IMG/VR virus record: IMGVR_UViG_3300020045_002124
Span: 1 to 30,692 of that record
DNA length: 30,692 nt
Source: a virus
Lineage: Duplodnaviria; Caudoviricetes
Strand: one strand, 5' to 3'
Part shown: positions 26,978-30,692 of the stretch, piece after piece
How the letters are laid out: every line of letters begins with the position of its first letter
Position numbering within the stretch: position 1 is the stretch's first letter
Translations under genes and position numbers: made by a program
Notes under the pieces: model-generated
Seen by the model: only the letters and a program-made list of their open reading frames with translations
The model's database searches: none
Told to the model about the DNA's origin: nothing

Positions 26978-27001
26978 ACCATAAATTATTAGCTAAAACA
27001 A
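26973..27001 (-). promoter_or_regulatory. Leftward promoter TTGTTT-17-TACTAT with extended TG
   Basis: Minus strand reads TTGTTTtagctaataatttatggTACTAT; its -10 overlaps the -10 of the rightward promoter. Confidence 0.55.
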
Positions 27002-27066
27002 ACATTGTTATTTAGCTAGTTGCACAGGCTAATAAATCTTATAGTTATTTTGTAAAGGATGTCAAA

Positions 27067-27360
27067 ATGGAAGAGTTTAGAGAACGTAGAAAATTCCCAG
27101 CAGAAGAGGCATTCACGAAGTTATTGGAAGAGCATATTGCTGACTCAGAAGTCTATAAAACACACACAACTGCTACACTTGAAGCTCTTAGAAAAGAGAT
27201 AAAAGAACTAACAGCTTCTACGGCTGAGGTACTAGCTGCCTATGAAACTGCCCAACAAGCTCTTAAATTCTCAATTGGCTTTGGTAAACTTCTTAAATAC
27301 ATTGGTGGTTTAGTTCTGTTATACTATTCTATTATAACTGTTATTCCACCACATAAATAA
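27067..27360 (+). CDS. Coiled-coil protein with C-terminal TM helix (holin-like)
   Basis: Helical N-terminus and hydrophobic YIGGLVLLYYSIITVI; AAGGA RBS. Confidence 0.55.
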   Translation: MEEFRERRKFPAEEAFTKLLEEHIADSEVYKTHTTATLEALRKEIKELTASTAEVLAAYETAQQALKFSIGFGKLLKYIGGLVLLYYSIITVIPPHK

Positions 27361-27370
27361 ACATAAACCT

Positions 27371-27988
27371 ATGTCTAATCCGTATATACAGTCAGTTAAT
27401 GACCAAGCCGTACTTAGTAGGGTACAAGAACTTTGTGGTATTAATCCTAAGATTTGGAAAGACCTGACTGATTTAGGTACATTCAGGGATTGCTTATCCT
27501 ATAAAGACTATGCAACTACCTTGGTTAATTACTATCGTCAGAATAAGGAAGCCAAGGACTTAGCCGCTAAGGCAAAACTTGTTGAAGCAGAAGCTAAACC
27601 TAGGTTTAAGAACTCGGAGCTTCGTGACCAACTAGACCAAGTTACTATAGCTGAGAAGATTCAGAAGATTCGTCTTGATAAAGCTAGGGAGCAGGAACTT
27701 TGGACAAAGAATCTAGTTGCAAGGAATGAACTTATCCAAAAAAGTGAGCTGGAACAGTTAATGTTCCCACTATTCACAACTATGGTTAATATCTTGCGTC
27801 ACTCAGCAGACCAAGCACCAGAACTTCAACCTGCTGTAGATAAATGTATTAGTGAGTTATTCTCTTTAGGAGAACGCTTAGAGGAACAGGCTATTGGAGA
27901 TAGTCAAAAGTATGTAGAGGTGATGTTAGATACTTCACTAGACTACGAAGAAATTATTGCAAATTTTGAGGGTTACGAAAATGACTAA
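27371..27988 (+). CDS. Putative terminase small subunit (Nu1/DUF1441-like)
   Basis: Possible N-terminal HTH (VQELCGINPKIWKDL) and RLDKAREQELWTKNLVARNELIQKSEL, which resembles the Nu1-type coiled coil. No other TerS candidate is in the window. Confidence 0.6.
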   Translation: MSNPYIQSVNDQAVLSRVQELCGINPKIWKDLTDLGTFRDCLSYKDYATTLVNYYRQNKEAKDLAAKAKLVEAEAKPRFKNSELRDQLDQVTIAEKIQKIRLDKAREQELWTKNLVARNELIQKSELEQLMFPLFTTMVNILRHSADQAPELQPAVDKCISELFSLGERLEEQAIGDSQKYVEVMLDTSLDYEEIIANFEGYEND

Positions 27989-28763
27989 TGTAGTTATAGT
28001 GAAGAAAGGTAGTAAAGAATTAGATGGAACAGAGATTGTTGACATACCTGTTAGATATATCGACAATGGGGATGGTACTTATAGTGAAGCAAGTAGTGGT
28101 GGTGGTGGTGGCGGGGCTGGTGATGCTAGTGCCGCTAACCAAGTTATTACAAACAGTAAACTCGATACCCTTATAGCTGCATCTGCTAATACACAAGCAG
28201 AACTTGCAATCTCTGACATCTATTACACAGCACTTATCAGCTTTACTGGTGCAACTGCTGGTGATAGTATCCTAGTTCGTAAGACCGTTGATATAACCCA
28301 AGTACCATCTGTTGAGACTTATTCTGCTTGGCAGAACTTGACAACAGGGCTTGACCTAGTAGGTACACCTACCATTGGAGTTCAAGTTGGTTACGTTAGT
28401 ACCACACCTATTGCTGGTTCAGGGCTAGCTACTGTTGCTAAACAAGATGCTATCTTAGCAAAGCTAACTGACTTAGTTAATAGTCAAACTATCTCTGTAC
28501 TTGGGGCATTTACATCTACACTATCTGGGTCTAATTCAGTTTCTCAAGCTGTACAGGCTGGGACTAGGAGAGTTATCCTAACGGCAACTACTGATTGTTG
28601 GTATTTCTTTGGTGCTGGTGCGCCACCAGCTCCAGTATTCGGGGCGGTTGGTTTATTCCTACCAGCTAACATACCATCTTATCTAATCTCTGTACCAGCT
28701 GGTGCTAAGTTTAACGCTATTGCTAGTGTTGCTGGTAAACTTAATATAACTGAATGTGCTTAA
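27981..28763 (+). CDS. Putative virion structural protein
   Basis: Motif YIDNGDGTYSE, a poly-Gly linker, two short helical repeats (ASAANQ/ATVAKQ) and a beta-rich C-terminus. ATG 27981 overlaps the upstream stop. Confidence 0.55.
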   Translation: MTNVVIVKKGSKELDGTEIVDIPVRYIDNGDGTYSEASSGGGGGGAGDASAANQVITNSKLDTLIAASANTQAELAISDIYYTALISFTGATAGDSILVRKTVDITQVPSVETYSAWQNLTTGLDLVGTPTIGVQVGYVSTTPIAGSGLATVAKQDAILAKLTDLVNSQTISVLGAFTSTLSGSNSVSQAVQAGTRRVILTATTDCWYFFGAGAPPAPVFGAVGLFLPANIPSYLISVPAGAKFNAIASVAGKLNITECA

Positions 28764-30576
28764 GATGCCTAGTATCTTATTTAATATCCGTAAGGCTTTT
28801 AGGGGTACAGTAGTACCTCCTTCTATTAAACCAACATTAGGTAATAAACATACGTCCCTAGCAACTACAGGTTATATTTGGATAACTAACACAGGCACTA
28901 ATGCTATTGAAAGAACTGACACAACTTCGTTAGCTGTTACTAGCTATCCTACTGGTGGGGTTACGCCTTCTGGGATAGCCTTTGATGGCACACACTTGTA
29001 TATAACTTGTTTTGGTTCATCAACTATTGTTAAGATGACAACTGCTGGTGCTATTATAGCTTCTGCAAGTATTGGCAACGGGCTACATCAAGTAATCTTC
29101 GATGGAACTAACTTATGGGCTAGTTCTTATTGGGATGGAAGGGTTATTAAGATAAGTACAGCGTTAGTCGAGCTTGCTTCTTATACTATGGGACATTACC
29201 CAATCAATTTAGCCTTCGATGGTAGTAAAGTTTGGGTGGCTGGGTTTGACTTTACAACGTATGCTGCTGGAACGGGGGTAGTTACTAAACTTAACCTAGA
29301 TGCTACGCTAAATGCAAACTACACCATTGGTACTAACCCTTATGGTATTGTCTTCGACGGTACTTATATTTGGGTAGGTGCTTTCCTTACGGGAAATATC
29401 TATAAAGTAGATAAAACAAGTGGTGCAATCCTAGCAACCTATGATACTGGGGTAGCTAACTCAACTATTACAGGATTTTCCTACTTTAATTATGCTGGTG
29501 GGATACTTATTGTTACTGTTTCTAAGGATTACTCTCCTTATAACCTACCTGATAACTATAATAAGTCCCATGTGTTTAGTATAGCTGATGGAAGTTTGCA
29601 ACAATTGGAGAACCTAGGTGTTGACCCTAGGAATGGTTCGGTTGATGAGTTTAACTTTGTGTACACTGCTGGGTATGGGGATGGAAGTGTTACAAGGTAT
29701 CCTTTGTTTGCAACTGCACCTGTTGAACATCCCATCTATGCACCATTACCATACTTCTCACTTACAACTGATACTAATGCTTACTTTGGTAGATATGATG
29801 AATTGGGTGGTATTACTGGAGTAAACTTAACTACTTTTACCACATTTAGTATAGGAAGCTCTCTTGATTACCCAACAACTATGACAAAAGATGCTGCTGG
29901 ATTCTGGGTCTGTGTACAGGGTTGGGTTAATGGTGGTGGTACTTTAGGTATGTACCTAGTAACTGATGAGGGTGCTGGTACTATAACTAGACAAAGTATA
30001 TCAGGCTTAGCAGATAGGACACTTGCACATACATCAGATGGTACTTATATCTGGGTAGCTACTATGACACCTGCGGTATATAAGGTTAATCCAAGTACCT
30101 TAAGTATTATAGCTTCGGTAGCAATTGATGGCAATCCCTATTCAATAATCTCTGCAAGTAATGGGTTTATCTATGTAGTTACTGCTACATCTGTGTTTAA
30201 GTTAGCTTCTGACTGCACAGTTGCAGCACAAGCGGCAGTACCTAACGGAACTAGGATTGCTTTCGATGGGAGTTATATCTGGATAAGTTGTAACACTACT
30301 AACTTACTTAAGAAATTATCGGCTATTGACTGTTCTTTAATTGCTAGTTATAGTTATACTGCGGCAGTTCATGATGTATTTTATCTTTCTGAAAGTTCTA
30401 AACTGTTTGTACTTATTGCTGATGGAAGGCTGTTGGAGATTAATCCTGCTGATGGTAGTACTGTAAATACAACTACTGTTAGTAGTGGGCAACTTGGTTT
30501 TATGTCGGCTTATGGAAACGCTGTTACTATTCCTGAAACTGCGGCTAATAATGTTTTGATTATTATCAATCCTTAG
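28756..30576 (+). CDS. Tandem beta-propeller protein (YncE/NHL-like blades), candidate adhesin
   Basis: Repeated blades GIAFDGTHLY, VIFDGTNLW, LAFDGSKVW, IVFDGTYIW, TSDGTYIW and IAFDGSYIW at ~40-aa spacing. Start is GTG 28756 or ATG 28765; the TAG stop lies inside the terminal repeat. Confidence 0.8.
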   Translation: MLKMPSILFNIRKAFRGTVVPPSIKPTLGNKHTSLATTGYIWITNTGTNAIERTDTTSLAVTSYPTGGVTPSGIAFDGTHLYITCFGSSTIVKMTTAGAIIASASIGNGLHQVIFDGTNLWASSYWDGRVIKISTALVELASYTMGHYPINLAFDGSKVWVAGFDFTTYAAGTGVVTKLNLDATLNANYTIGTNPYGIVFDGTYIWVGAFLTGNIYKVDKTSGAILATYDTGVANSTITGFSYFNYAGGILIVTVSKDYSPYNLPDNYNKSHVFSIADGSLQQLENLGVDPRNGSVDEFNFVYTAGYGDGSVTRYPLFATAPVEHPIYAPLPYFSLTTDTNAYFGRYDELGGITGVNLTTFTTFSIGSSLDYPTTMTKDAAGFWVCVQGWVNGGGTLGMYLVTDEGAGTITRQSISGLADRTLAHTSDGTYIWVATMTPAVYKVNPSTLSIIASVAIDGNPYSIISASNGFIYVVTATSVFKLASDCTVAAQAAVPNGTRIAFDGSYIWISCNTTNLLKKLSAIDCSLIASYSYTAAVHDVFYLSESSKLFVLIADGRLLEINPADGSTVNTTTVSSGQLGFMSAYGNAVTIPETAANNVLIIINP

Positions 30577-30692
30577 CAACCATCGACGAATTCGCCTACT
30601 TCCTCTCCACTGCCCTAGCTGCCCCAGCCGCTAGCTACACAGTTGAGACAACCCCTTATTAGGTTCACCTTGGCACATGGAAGTGCCTATCT
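30572..30692. repeat. Right copy of exact 121-bp terminal inverted repeat
   Basis: cttagcaaccatcgacg...aagtgcctatct is the reverse complement of 1..121. Confidence 0.99.
30573..30662 (+). pseudogene. Out-of-frame duplicate of the last 29 codons plus stop of gene 31..1317
   Basis: Encodes LATIDEFAYFLSTALAAPAASYTVETTPY* with no start codon, in the -1 frame relative to the beta-propeller ORF. Confidence 0.85.

Noticed and set aside
28093-28121. (GGT)n microsatellite
   Set aside because: It encodes an in-frame Ser/Gly linker, so length change would not switch phase.
31-30576. Stop-codon (TAG) reassignment
   Set aside because: Genes are full length under the standard code, and TAG stops fall at natural gene boundaries.
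30560-30662. Programmed -1 frameshift adding the 29-aa LamG tail to the beta-propeller
   Set aside because: There is no slippery heptamer before the TAG, and the added peptide would be only a domain fragment.
1-30692. Transposon or IS with terminal inverted repeats, or a Mu-like transposable phage
   Set aside because: No transposase is present, the repeat is mostly coding sequence, and flanks are unavailable to check for target duplication.
1-30692. CRISPR array, tRNA or rRNA genes
   Set aside because: Coding density is very high, intergenic gaps are short, and I saw no spaced direct repeats or tRNA-like sequence.

Overview
AT-rich (roughly 35-40% GC by eye) virion-morphogenesis region of a lambda-like long-tailed siphophage. 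It has GGAG Shine-Dalgarno sites and sigma70-type promoters, so the host is probably Gram-negative (inference). Two arms diverge from overlapping promoters near 26950-27000. The long minus-strand arm encodes tail tip L-K-I-J, a tail fibre, gpA-type large terminase, a small holin-like gene, gpW, a lambda-type portal, a prohead protease with a nested scaffold, head decoration, gpE-type capsid, an M15 endolysin, neck genes, a tail tube with insertions, two paralogous tail chaperones, a ~2260-aa tape measure and two gpM/Dit paralogs. The short plus-strand arm encodes a holin-like protein, a Nu1-like small terminase, a virion protein and a beta-propeller protein. No replication, integration or repressor gene is visible. 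Main observations: (1) an exact 121-bp inverted repeat at both ends carries the last 29 codons of the left adhesin-like gene and supplies the stop codon of the right one; (2) Pro-Gly and Gly-Pro are absent from all major proteins, apparently because CCNGG and GGNCC (and GATC) are avoided; (3) gene order is circularly permuted relative to lambda, with TerS on the other strand; (4) tail chaperones G and GT appear as duplicated genes instead of a frameshift; (5) the same accessory domain is inserted in the head decoration and tail tube proteins. All family assignments come from motif recognition and synteny, not database searches.
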